From Octopus sinensis (Eukaryota), in the NCBI RefSeq assembly GCF_006345805.1, contig NC_042998.1:143778001-143842000 (forward strand): a stretch of 64,000 nucleotides of DNA. The letters are read 5' to 3'. Below the pieces are notes generated by a model. The model was not told the DNA's origin and did not search any database. It saw only the letters and a list, made by a program, of their open reading frames with translations. This document shows, in pieces, positions 35,057 through 48,213 of the stretch (positions are counted from its first letter, which is position 1; every line of letters starts with the position of its first letter). The position numbers and the translations under genes are program-made.

Positions 35057-38000
35057 ATGTATATATACATGTATGTATGTGTGTAGATATGCATGTGTAT
35101 GCACACACATATACATAGCTATATATGTATATGTGTGTATGAATATATATTGATATGTATGGTAAAGAGCTGATAGTAATCTTGTGAAATTCCCATTGAA
35201 AAAATATAAGGAAATTAGTTAAACAAAACACTCTTGCTTACCTTCAGTATTGGTGTTCCAGATTTCATTCAATGATGAGTCATTGATTAGGATGTGATGC
35301 TCATTTCAACACAAACAAGAAAATAGACTTTTTTTCCTCTGTGACTTTTTCTGTTTGCATCTCACTGCATGGCAACTAATAAAAGCTTTCTGACCTTCTT
35401 TGAACTTACATTTGTATGAAAGGTAAAGTATCTTTTTTAACATAAGCAGCTTGAAATCCATTGCTGACCAGGAAGCAAGTGTTTTATGCATGTGACTGAA
35501 AACCTATACAGCTAAATTTGTGTATAACTGTTCTTTGTTTGTATTGACAACTACAAAAACAAAAAAAATAAAAATATGTTTGTTAGATCCCTTCAATGTT
35601 TTCTTCCCCTAAAAGCCTTAGGACTCAAATGGCATACGAGTGATCAGTGTCACAACTTTTCTCTCTGAATGGGATGCCAGTCCCTTGCAAGGTTCAAAGC
35701 CAGCAATTTTGAGGGGAAGGGGCAAGTTATTCTTGACTGATACTTTATTTAATTTACCTCAAAGAGATGACAGACAAAGAAGACCTTGGCAGAATTTGAA
35801 CTGAGAATGTAAAGAGCCAAAAGAAATGCCACTAAGCATTTTGTCTATGCTAAACTCTCTCAAATAAGCATAAGCTATTGTTTCAGTTGAATTATTGTTA
35901 TTCATGTCATGTATGTAGTAGCAAGATAAATCATATTTAAATATTAAATAATTTCAATAAAAGAAAAATTGATTAAAATGGCAGTATTATGTAATCTGTT
36001 TTAAACCTTTTGATGGACTGCTAGCATCAGCTAAAATACAGTTATTCTAATTTTGGATAAAGTTTAGATAAATGAATATCTTATTTGAAACCAAGTTAAA
36101 TCTAGGAAATATCTAAATGATTTAATCAATTCCTGAAAAGCATCATCACAACTGAATTTTTGATCTATTCCAAATAATTTATCAATAAATTACTCTAAAT
36201 ATTGAAAGTGTATATATCCGTGTCAACATTGCCTTTGAGGTTATGGTTATGTTTCAATATAGTATCTCCATTTTAGCATTCAATTTCTAAAGGTTGTGTA
36301 ATAATATAATTTCAATTTAAAGTGTTTTATTGTTTATAGTATTATTCAATAGTGAGTTATTTGTTCAGTTCTTTTTATAGCATTTCAGCTGCTGTATAAA
36401 ATCAATCATTTATGTTCAATGGAATGGTAATAATATAATGAATACATGGATAGGGAAACTGGTAGAGTTGGGATTTTTTTTTATTACATCATCATCATCT
36501 AATGTCCACTTTTCCATGCTTGCATGGGTCAGATGGAATTTGTTGAGGCAGATTTTCTACATTCAGATGCCTTTCTTGTTGCCAAACATCACCTGTTTGC
36601 TAACAGGTTTACATGAAAGATTAGAAAATGAAGGACACTGCTTGCATGATGGTGACTCTCACAACTATCACACGGTATCAAGGCAAGGAGACAGTAGCAC
36701 ACACATACATCAATTCCACTTATAAAACTTTGGCTCAAGGCTATAAAATAGAAGGCATTTGAAGGTGCCAAGCAGTGGACTGAACTCAAAACCTTGTGGT
36801 TAAGGAGACAAACTTCTTACCACATTGCTATGCCTTCAGTGGAATGATAAAATAATATATGGGTGAATGGAAAACTTAGGGTTTTTTTGATTTTTTATGC
36901 TTGAAAATTAAATGGAAAAAAAACATGATATAAACATACAAAAAAAATTTTAAATAATCACTTGTTTGACATAGTTTTCCTTCTTTTCAGTGAGGAGTTT
37001 AGAATGTTTTCATTTATTACTATAATTAAAAGGTGGTTGATTGACAGAGATGATATAGTGTTAGACTAAATGCCTTACATTTGGTTTCAATTCTGTGCTT
37101 TTGCATTCAAATCTTACCACAGTCAACTTTGCCTTTCATATCTCTGAAGTAAATAAAATAATAATACCAGCTGCTTTTCTCCTTTCCTATAAATGCATGG
37201 ACTTGTGCCAAAATTAGAAATTCTTGTTTATTCTTTTTATTAACAGTAAGGTGGCAAGCCAATAGAGTTATTAGTATATTGGATAAAATACTTAGCAGCA
37301 TTTCTTCTTGAGTTCAATCCCACTGAGGTCAACTTTGCCTTTAATCCTTTTGGGGGCTAAGATAAAGTACCAGCCAACACATTTTTACAATTAGAAGATT
37401 ATTTGACTGATTTTCAGTACTAGTTCTGTTAGGTAAAGGTCATTAGGCATTTTTTTATTTCCTTGGTTTCCTTTTATTACTATGGTTTTTGTCGGAGATA
37501 AAGTCTCTGATAGACGTGCTGTGTTAAAAAAAATAATATTGCAGGCATGACTGTATTGTATGGTTAAGAAGCTCATTTTGCAACCACATGGTTTCAGGTT
37601 CAGTTTCACTGCACAGCAACTTGGGCCAATCAATGCCTTGTAAGTAAATTTGATAGTTAAAAACTGTGTAGAAGCAAGTACCAGCCTTAAAAAGGCTATA
37701 TAAGTTATCTCCCTCTGATATATATAGTTTTTGGATACAGCATGTTTTTAAGAGATTTTATCTCTGATGAAAACTGCAGTATCTTGCCTGTCAACAATGT
37801 ATATATGTTAAATATGATACATAGATAGCTGTTTGAAGTTTTGGAATATTTCCTTTGTTTTGATTGTGATATTAACAAAAAACAAAAGGAATCTTTTTGA
37901 TGTGTTATGTTTTGAATGATGTCGACACAGTACCAAGAATTTAATTTGACAAGCTTTCACTGAAATGGGTCATGTTGACATTCTCAATTTTGTAATAGTA

Positions 38001-38075
38001 TTTGCTTTTCAGCATAAGTTCTCTAAGCCTTCATCTCATGATATATAAACTAAAACTGAAATAATCTCAGCTTTA

Positions 38076-38256
38076 CCCTTTTGATACCAATCTGCCTGAG
38101 ACCACCCTCAATTCTGTAATGCAAATTTCCTGTTTTAAATGTGATTTAAATTAAAATTTCATGTTAAATTATGTTGTTATTTTATATTATAGTCTTCCCT
38201 TATTTTCACAATTAATTGAAATAGTGTCTTTCAACAGAAATATGCTAACAAAAGGG
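38076..38256. mobile_element. piggyBac-type MITE (other copies about 44802, 51016-51207, 52770-52950)
   Basis: CCCTTT...AAAGGG|TTAA ends and a shared internal sequence. Confidence 0.6.
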
Positions 38257-38969
38257 TTAATTGGTTTTAAGATTTCTTGGTAAGATTCAGTTCTGTATTG
38301 TCTTACATAGTACCTATAATTATGTAACTACCTGTAGTAGTAGAGTTTGCTATTTGTATTCTTCCTTTGAATGATCTAGAAAACTAACATGAATACGTGA
38401 AAAATGAATTATTAATCTTTTATTGATTTTTATCCTTGTTAGAGAATACGATTTAACAAATGAAATGATAGTGGTTTTACTGTAGATATAATTATAAAGA
38501 CCTTGGAGAAGTAGAACACTGAACTGAGTACATTACAGTTTTGTCTTTTATCTTCTGAATTAAAACCCAACCTGAGTAGATTTTTAGCCTCTCATCTTTA
38601 TGTACAGTTTAAAATATCAAGGTTATTTCAGTGACTGTATCCCACTCCCACCCAGTGAAAATAAGATATAAATTTATGGTTAGAAGAAATTATATAATAT
38701 TCCATCCCATTTTGACACAATCTTTAAAAAAAAAAACATTTAATAGCTTTGTTTTCCCCCTCTCTTGAAATTAATTAGAATACCATAAATTCATTGTGTA
38801 ATATATTACTTAGGATATGTGCAGGCATGGCTATGTGGTTGAGAAGTTTGCTTCCCAACCTTGTGGATTCCAGTTCAGTCCCCCTGCTGGCACCTTGAGT
38901 AAGTGTCTTCTACCAGACCCTTGTGAGGGAATTTTGTTGATTGATACTGAAAGAAGCTAATCTCTCCCG

Positions 38970-39029
<60 letters not shown>

Positions 39030-39032
<3 letters not shown>

Positions 39033-39457
39033 GATGCAGTGAATAAACTGTTGCCTAAATTATGCAAAAATGAAAATAACACTGACATCTCATTTCAACA
39101 GTTTTTTTTTCTACTGGTTTCAGTCATTACACTAGCCATGCTGGGGCACCACCTTTGGTCAAACAAATCGCCTCCCTCCCCCAGGACTTATTCTTTGTAA
39201 GCCTAATACTTATTCTATCGGTTTCTTTTGCTGAACTGCTGAGTTATGAGGACGTAAACACACCGTGTTGTCAAGTGATAGTTGGGAGACAAACACACAC
39301 ACACACACACACACACAGACAGAGAGAGAGGGGAATAAAATTTATATATAAAGAAACAAGAACGTGAAATACACAAAGGGACGAACACAGAAAACAGACG
39401 GGTCATTCGAAGCCTTTAATCTTCAGTCAGAAACCGGATCATCATTATATATATTAC

Positions 39458-39514
<57 letters not shown>

Positions 39515-39900
39515 AATAGTAAGAAGTGAAAAAACTACAGAAGGCTTGTTTTAAAAGGTTAAAAAATATATTTGAGTCATTATGTCAGAAGAATGTTATA
39601 AAATTTTTTCATACAGTGACATAGTTTTTGAAGAAATATCGAAGTGAAAGTTGGAGGTTCGAAGACGATCAGATACTGTTGTAGTTCCGACTGTAAACGA
39701 TGCCGACTGGCGCTCCGCCGGCGTTCGCTTCGATATTTCTTCAAAAACTATGTCACTGTATGAAAAAATTTTATAACATTCTTCTGACATAATGACTCAA
39801 ATATATTTTTTAACCTTTTAAAACAAGCCTTCTGTAGTTTTTTCACTTTTTACTATATTCTATATATTCAACCACGTGCTTTCACACACCAACTTTCTCA

Positions 39901-39949
<49 letters not shown>

Positions 39950-40858
39950 GTGTGTGTGTGTGTGTACTTCAGTTTCTATCTACCAAATCCACTCACAAGG
40001 CTTTGGTCAGGCCGAGGTTATAGTAGAAAACACTTACCCAAGGTGCCACGCAGTGGGACTGAACTTGGAACCATGTGGTGAAGAAACAAGCTTCTTACTA
40101 TACAGCCACTCCTGTGCTTATATATATACCAAAATTACATTAAAATATCTTGGAATACTAAAGAGTAAATTTATTCAATAAAATCACCATTGGCTTCAAC
40201 CATGGCCTCCAGATGACTTCGGAATCTCCTGCAACTCTTCTGGGCAGTCTCCTTGTTGAAGTTGGTGAATGCTGCATAATCCTTGCCTTCGGTTCATCTT
40301 TGGTTTTTACAAGGAGTTTTGTTGGTCTCTCACTTAACTGCACCCCACATGTAATAATTGTCTGAAAAACATAACTGGGTTCTGCTGCTTGTGTAGTATG
40401 GTGCAGAGTCCTTTTACCTGACATAGGGTCTTCCAGCAGCCACCCTCTTGACCCAGGGCACTACTCAGGCACTTTATGTAGGCCTCCATGTTAAATATGA
40501 GGCCGTGTGGGAAGATGAATGGCGGTATAACATCGCCATCACTAGTGATCACTCCAAACACCATGATATTGACTGGGTGTTTGATTTTAATCACTCTTGG
40601 TACGTGTTTTGGGGATACTGCAAGCCAATGGTTTTTCTCTGTATTCACCATCTGTTCATATTGAGGCTTCTAGCATGGATGCCAAGCAGTACAGCATGTC
40701 GTTTCCAAAATTCTGGTTGAGTGAATTGTGTCATGGTGCAGTTTTTCTCATAGACAGTGCCCAACTGACCCTACGGTATAGTCAACAAAATCAAAAACAA
40801 ACTGCACATGCACAAAATTAACTATATAAAATAGCGACAATTTACCCATCGCATCCTG
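39030..40858 (-). mobile_element. Internally deleted Tc1/mariner maT (DD37D-like) transposon with nested insertions
   Basis: TA|CAGGATGC termini at both ends. The start MTQFTQPEFWKRHAVLLG is joined to MVNTEKNHWLA...KHPVNIMVFGVITSDGDVIPPFIFPHGL. The C-terminus VCRRFRSHLEAMVEANGDFIE-like ends at about 40180. Confidence 0.8.
39511..39861. mobile_element. Young foldback MITE, about 138-bp arms, nested in the maT element
   Basis: 39511-39648 and 39724-39861 are near-perfect reverse complements, with a GC-rich spacer of about 75 bp. Confidence 0.85.
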
Positions 40859-41054
40859 TATATCTTTTCAATAATTTTCTTGGATTACATGACATGGTAG
40901 TAATATTGCAACCCCCATTTGTGGGGTGGTGCTAATTGTTTTAATCTTTTTTACTACTGGCAATTTAGACAAGTGTCTTCTACATTAGCGCCAGGCTGCC
41001 CAAAGCCTTGTGAGTGGATCTGATTGAAAGGAACCAATCATATATATATATATA

Positions 41055-41426
41055 CTAGCAGTATCGCCCGGCGTTGCTCGGGTTTGTAAGGGAAATAACT
41101 ATAAAGCATTTTTAGAGAGTTATAGCCAAAAAATGGAAGAAAAATGATGGTAAATTTTTTTTTTAGTTAAAAAGGTCAAGTTGCGTCCCCTAGACAGTCT
41201 GTGGCTTGTGTTTCTGATTGTTGACCCCATGTCGAATTTATCGATTTTTTTCAGAACTGGGAGAACTTTTCAAAATTTTCGCTGCGTTAGTTTTGAATTA
41301 TGACATTGGGCTATGTGTGTGTCAAGTTTCATCAGAATCGGTTGAAAGCCGTGGTCAGGGTGAGGGTACAACCTAACAGACACACAGAAACACACACAGA
41401 CAAACTGCCGTTTATATATAGAGAGA
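41055..41426 (-). mobile_element. Non-autonomous Helitron
   Basis: A|TCTCTCTATATATAAA 5' end. The 3' end AAACCCGAGCAACGCCGGGCGATACTGCTAG|T is identical to the 17114 element. Confidence 0.8.
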
Positions 41427-41809
41427 TATATATATGTGTGTGTGTGATCATGTTTTCTCATCTAGACATCATGTGCTAGTTCTAAACAAATACCATTGTC
41501 ATACTTGCAGTGTAGTCCATTTACAATCTTCTGTTCAGCCACTGTGCTGTTCATGTTCAAAGAACTAGAAAAATTATTACCTTGCTTAGAGGATAGGTAA
41601 CAGATCATTTACCTCAACAAGTTTTGTCTGACCTATGCAAGCAGGGAAAAGTGAACATTAAAACAATGATGAGGATATTGTTAGTAGGGTTTATAAAGAA
41701 GGTGAGATTTTTACTTTGATATGAAATTAGGTGTTAGCCCTGAGAAATGGCTATGATTTATATTAAACAGCATTTTTGAATGGTGTAGTTAAATATTTAT
41801 GTATTTGTA

Positions 41810-43480
41810 TATATACAGGTGTAGCTGTGTTGTTAAGAGGTTTGCTTCCCATCCACATTGTTTCAGGTTTCAGTTCCAATGTGCAGCACTCCTTAAGCAA
41901 GTGTCTTCTACTATAGCCCTGGACCAGCTGTAGCCTTGTGAGTGGATTTGGTAGACAAACTGAAAGATGCCCATTGTGTGTGTATACATACATGTATGTG
42001 TGTCTGTTTGTCTCCTTTTGTCTTGACATTGTGTAACTGTTGTAAACATGTGTCATACAAGCAGTGCCATTAATTTCCAGTATTCTGTAAGAATATGTCT
42101 GATCATGAGGAAATATCTTACTTACAAACAGGTGAAGGTTGACACTAGAAACGGTAGCTGGTTATAGAAAATTTGCTTCAATAAACTTTGTCTGACCCAT
42201 GCAAGCTTTGAAAAGTGGACATTAAAGCGATGGTAGTGATTATTGTTTATCTTTCTTTTTCTACATTTTAGTTTTTTATTATCAGGAGGCGACACACTGG
42301 TGCAGCGAGATATGGTTGGTTGTGTTAGAGATTGTGATTCATAAATAACATTAGCTTGGTGAATAGTTCAACATGTTCATTTGCCAGCCCCTACATACCC
42401 ACACCATCACCTTAGAATTGCATTTTTTAAAAGCTGTTTATAGCAATAGTGCCTTGTTAAATCTGGAATTTAGTACTTGCCAAATGGCCTTATCTGGGTC
42501 TTGTTAACTAGTTGTCTCATCCCCTGATGGCAAGGTAAATACTATGGTTGGATGAATAGAGTAATGCAGATGAATTGCTTGCAAAATTAATTAGATAAGA
42601 TTTATTTCAAAGAGATTTTAATGAGTTTTCTTCTTGTGTGTGTGCGTGCTTTTATTTATTTGTTTTTTTACCATTTGTAGAATTGCTGACATTCTTTGTT
42701 ATAAGATAGAGATCTTAATGCTTCCATCCATAACCATTTACTGGATATTGTTTGACAATAAATCACACCAACTGTAACATGTCACTTTTTTTTTTAAAGT
42801 GATATTGGTTTCAGTATTCCATGATGTGATACAGGTACATTTATAATCATCATCATTCAGTGTTTGCTTTTTCCACACTTGCATTGGTGAAATAAAATTG
42901 GTTGAGGCAGATTTTCAATGGCCAGATGCTCTTCCTGTCACCAACCCTCACCTATTTCCAGATATGGTAATATTATTCCATGGTAGACTGGAAACCAACA
43001 ACATTGACAATGATGCTCATTTACAATGTCATTGCATGATATCAAAACAGTAAAATGCAACACACATACATAGGTGCAGTAGGCTTCTTTCAGTTTCTGC
43101 CTACTAAATCCATTCACAAGCCTTCAGTTGGCCTCAGGGTATAGTCAAAGGCACTTGCCCAAGTTGCCATGCAATGGGACTAACCCCAAGACCACATGGT
43201 TGGTAAACTCCTTAGCTACACTGGTGCCTTGGTATCTTTAGCACTTTTAATTTTTTGGTCCATTGCTTTGTAACGAATATTTCAGTAAATGCTATTTTTC
43301 TTCCAAATTTAATTCTATGAACATGTGTAGTTCATTGTGATGATATTGTTAGACTTCATAAATAATTTCTTTGTTCAGTTCACAATACACTTCTGTTGTG
43401 TATACTGCTCTTCTCTGGCAGGAATTGCTAGACAGTAGACAGTTTCCAAAGTGGAGTTTGATTTATTTCCCCACTCCTTC

Positions 43481-43526
<46 letters not shown>

Positions 43527-46500
43527 CTAGCACAATTCAATAGTTGGTGATGTTTTATGACTCAAACAAAAGTATTGGATGTTGACATTGTGGTGGTTCA
43601 AGTTTTTTCTTTCTTTCTCCACTAAAAAATTTTCAAGACATTGACAAGTTCACTGTTCGTTACACAAAAATAGGCACAACACTTCTGATAATTTGTATGT
43701 TATGTATTGGAATAATGTGATGTTCTTAACATGCAAAGCAGATTGACTGTGATCTAACAGTTATGAACAACAAAATTTGCTGTGATTTTTTTTTTTTCTC
43801 CCAAAGTTAGCTAGTTTCATATTTAATCTCTATTACTCAATATCTTAAGGAGGAGAGATCAGTGAATCCTATTGAACTTGATCCTTATTCCAAGCAGCTG
43901 AAAGGACTGAAGTTTTCAGAATGATTAAATATGTATGGTTATGCTTTGGTCTGCATATTAATTGAATATAGAATTAACACTGGAGGTATAGGAAACTTGT
44001 TTGTAACAAAACAGTAGTGTTTGATACAGGCCCGGCTCTGTGATTAAGAAGTTCGACTCAGTCCTGCAGCACAGCACCTTGGACAAAATGTACTACAGTA
44101 AAATTAGACAAGTTCCAATTTTTGACTTGTAGACTATTGCTTCAACAAAGAAATAGTTTGTTTTGAGGATTTTATGCATAAGCACAGACATGATTATGAA
44201 TGCTCACTTTGCAGCCACTTAGTTTCAAGTTCAGTCCCACTGCATGCACCTTAGGCAAGTGTCTTCTACTATAGCTTCTGGTCAATCTATCCCTTGTGAG
44301 TGAATTTAGTAGACAGAAACTGAGGAAGCCTGTTGTGTATGTATGTGTCTTTGTGTTTAACTCCCACTGCTTGACAACTGGTATTGGTTTACTTACATTT
44401 CTATAACTTTGCAGTTTGACAAAAGAGATTGATAGAATAGGTACCAGGCTTTAAAAAAAAAGTACTGGGGTTGATTTGTTTGGCTTAAACCTTTCAAGAC
44501 TGCCCCAGCATGGCCATAGTTCAATGGCTAAAACAAGTAAAAGATAAAACATATTTTCCAGTAATGCAAGAATTACACATTATTGTTGAACTTGCAGCTT
44601 CTCAACTTTCTTTTATTCATGTTAAAATTAATGTCTATTCAATCATTTTCTTTTCTTTTTTTCCTTTTATGTTGATCATAGCTTTTTCTAGTTTGACATT
44701 TGTTCTGATTTTATCAAAGATTTCTACACAAATGTAGTTTTCCATGCCAAGTTCAAAAATAACATGTTTTGGAAAAAATAAAAATAATAATGAGTCTTTA
44801 ACCCTTCTGTCATCAAATTCTTTTTGAAATTCATTGCCTTTGTTTCATTTAATTTTGAAAAATAACAAAGAATTTAGTCAAAATAATCTTGCCATTATTT
44901 AGCTGGTGTTTTGGAACATAAATTAACATGAAATGTTGATGTTTTAGTTTAGCTCACTTCAACTCTTTGGTTGAAATACACTTTGTTTTTCAAATTAATT
45001 CTGAAAATAATGACAAACTTAGTAAAATATCTATGTCATTAATAGGCTGGTGTTTTAGAACATAAATTAACATGAAACTTGATATGTTTTGATTTAGTAT
45101 ACTTTAAAATAAAGATCAAAGAACCAGGGGCAATCTCAGATAGGTTGGTTTCAAAAGGGTCAAACAGAGAAATTTCTTGTATCTTCAACCATTTAAGTTT
45201 ATTTATTCTTGACATCCCGTCCAGCAGACAATCACAATTGTTATTGCCATAGCAACCTATTGAAACTATCATAGGTTTAGGTTGACTAAACCAAAAAGAA
45301 ATAGCACTTTCCTTAATATCAACACAACCTGGAGAGAATGTATTGATCTGATTGGCTAAAATTTCAAAAATAGTTCAATTTTGAAAGGTTTGTAATTTGA
45401 TTATTATTAATTTTTCCCAAAAATGGTTTTGGTTTTTTTGTAAGTGTCCAGTAAAACTACATCTATGTAGAATTTTTTAGTAAAATTAGAACAAATGTGT
45501 CATGCACAGAAGATCCTATGACCTTGTTGTGATATCGACCTGTAACTGCTGTATCTAATAGGGATTTAATGTGATAAATATTTCTCATAGTTAAGAATTT
45601 ATTCATAAGATCTCATTTAAAGAACCTTTCATGGCTGAGGTTGGAAATGCAAGCTACTTTATAAAAAAAAATACTGATTTTTAGACTACTGAAAGATCTC
45701 CAAACCAAAGATGTTTTAATAAGCAAAATGAGAATTGAGACATTTTTGCTTATTGCTATAAATTAAAGATACTATGAGTATACTAAAATATGTAAATAGT
45801 GTTTGATTCTCATTTATCCTAGACCACTCAGAATTATACAAACTCTCACATCAGTCGCCATGACAAATCGTTAGCCACTACACACATTTTTTTCTCTCCT
45901 TGTTTTTTCTGTGTCCCTTTCTGTAGAAAAGCGTAGGCTCGAAATGTAAAAGACTTTTTCTATTCCTGAGCATTATACTAATACATCTGTTTGTTTTGTA
46001 CACCACCTGTCTTCGTCTTTTGTTTTTTTCGTAAACTCCCCCTATATATATATATAATACAAAAATGGGACAAGAGCGCAAAACATCCAGACAGCTATGT
46101 GATACAAAGAAAACAAGGACTGGTCATTCAGAGTTTTCTTTCCTCAGTTAAGTTCCAGATTATCTTTGCAGCAGCCATGCTATAGCACCACCTTGAATTT
46201 TAGTCAAATGAATCCACTTATTCTTTTTGTTAAGCCTGATACTTATTCTTTCAGTTTCTTTTGCCAAACCAATTAGTTACAGGAATGTAAACACACCAAC
46301 ACCAGTAGTCAAGCAGTGGTGCAAGACAAAAACACACATACATGTGGTGTGTATGTATGTGTATATATATATATATATAATATATATATATACAACCATC
46401 GGAAACCATGTCAAAAGACAATAGATCTCAGCAAAGCCCTCCAGCTTGCCAGCTCTTGTCAAACCATCCCGCACATGCCAGCATGCAAAATAGACATTAA

Positions 46501-48000
46501 CTGATAATATATATACATATATATATATATATATATGATGGATGTATGTGCAACAGGCTTCTTACAGTTTCTATCTACCAAATCTACTCTGAAGGTTTTG
46601 GTTTTGGTCCGAGGCTATGAAAGGAGACACTTGCCCAAGGCATCATTCTAAGGTTGTGCTTGTCTGATGCAACTGAAACTAGAGCAACAACATGATAGAT
46701 GAGTTATTTCATAGCACATAGTGGAATTATGTCAGTGATCAAGTCACAGCTGTGTAATGAAAATTTTGATACTGCATAAAAATAATTGAAGTGAATTTAA
46801 CTGCTCTTTAGGTCAGGTCACTCTTGAGTGCTGCTGTCACATGGTCAAGTCATTGGCGACTAAATTGGCAACGCCATCAAGCTTGCTTGGTGAGGAGGAT
46901 GATTGTTGGACACTCTGCGGAACAAAAATAAGACCCGCCAAAGGATGGAAGAACTTCAGTGTAGTCAACGGCCAATTCAACAAGTACCTTGTCACAGTGA
47001 AGTGCCTGTGTGCTCCATTGAGAGTTATGCTGGAGGGAAAGAAATCTTCAGTCAGGTCTTACCAGGCCAGACAGGTCGAAGGGTAGGAGACAGACAAAAC
47101 CTTAACGACAATAAATCGAAGCGTTGGCAGCAGGGAATGGATTTAGTTATTGGCAGGACCTAACAGATCAGATTCCTGGCTTTGAACTAGCAGGATGTCA
47201 CACAGAGGATCTTGAATACAAGACAATGGATGAGACCCTAATATTCCTAGTTAGAAGGAAACTGTAGGATCACATGGAGCAGTGCCCTGTGACTCCTATA
47301 GTACATGCAACCAAAACCCCTATTGGGGCGTCCTATGGGACAACCTAGATGTGATGGAAGAGATTAACAGTTCTTCCACAATTATGTGGTTAAGAAGTTT
47401 GCTTCCCAACCACATGGTTTCAGGTTCAGTTCCTCTGTGTAGCCTCCTGCTCAAGTGTCTTTTACTACAGCCCCAGGTTGACCAAAGCCTTGTGAGAGTA
47501 TTTAGTAGACTGAAACTGAAAGAATCCCTAAAATGATCATGATATATATGTGTATGTTTGTGCCTCCTTGCCTTGACATTGCATGGTAGTTGTAAATGAT
47601 TGTCACTGTCATACTAGCAGTATCATTTTCAATATTCTGTGTGAGCATGCATGGTCATGGAGAAATATAACCTTTCCCTGAAAACAGGTGAGGATTGGTG
47701 ATAGGAAGAGCATCTGACCATAGAAAATCTACCTTAATAAGCTCCATTTGCTTTTATGGCATTGACTCTCATTTACAACTGTCATACAATATCAAGACAA
47801 AGAGACACATCTGCATACATATAAGCACAACAAGCTTCCTTCGATTTTCAGCTGCCTTATCCAATACATTAGACTTTAGTTGGCCTGGGCTGTAGAAGAC
47901 ACTTTTAGGTGCCACATGGTGGAATTGAACCCGAAACAATATGGTTGAGAAACAAACTTCTTAACCATACAGCTACATCTGTATATATGCATATACACTT
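41810..48000. mobile_element. Cluster of CpG-decayed SINE copies (41810-42230 +, 43080-43220 -, 44190-44545 +, 46150-46330 -, 46555-46640 -, 47380-47700 +, 47840-47980 -)
   Basis: Recognisable 3902-family blocks with CG changed to TG or CA. Confidence 0.7.
45852..46045 (+). mobile_element. Penelope-type terminal repeat, hammerhead damaged
   Basis: CUGUAGA-A-AAGC..GCUC-GAAAU-GUA, with G10.1 and C15.2 mutated. Confidence 0.7.
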
Positions 48001-48174
48001 AACTGACAAAGGTATGTTCTGTTATCGTACCATACACCTTATTGTTTCTATAGAAACTAACTACCTCATCCATATTTCTTTGTATCTTTCTATTGCACTT
48101 TGTCTGATTAGGTCTTCCGCTACTATATAAGTGAAAGAAATCTTAGAACTTGCAGACACATACACACACACACA

Positions 48175-48213
<39 letters not shown>

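Noticed and set aside
35240-35320. Minus-strand exon with strong GTAAGC donor
   Set aside because: In-frame stops lie just upstream, and no consistent downstream exon exists outside the hAT relic.
39385-39440. Minus-strand CUGAAGA...CUUC-GAAU...GUC
   Set aside because: The GAAA core is incomplete, and stems I and III do not pair.
45240-45260. RFX X-box-like TTGCCATAGCAAC
   Set aside because: A single imperfect motif with no supporting context.
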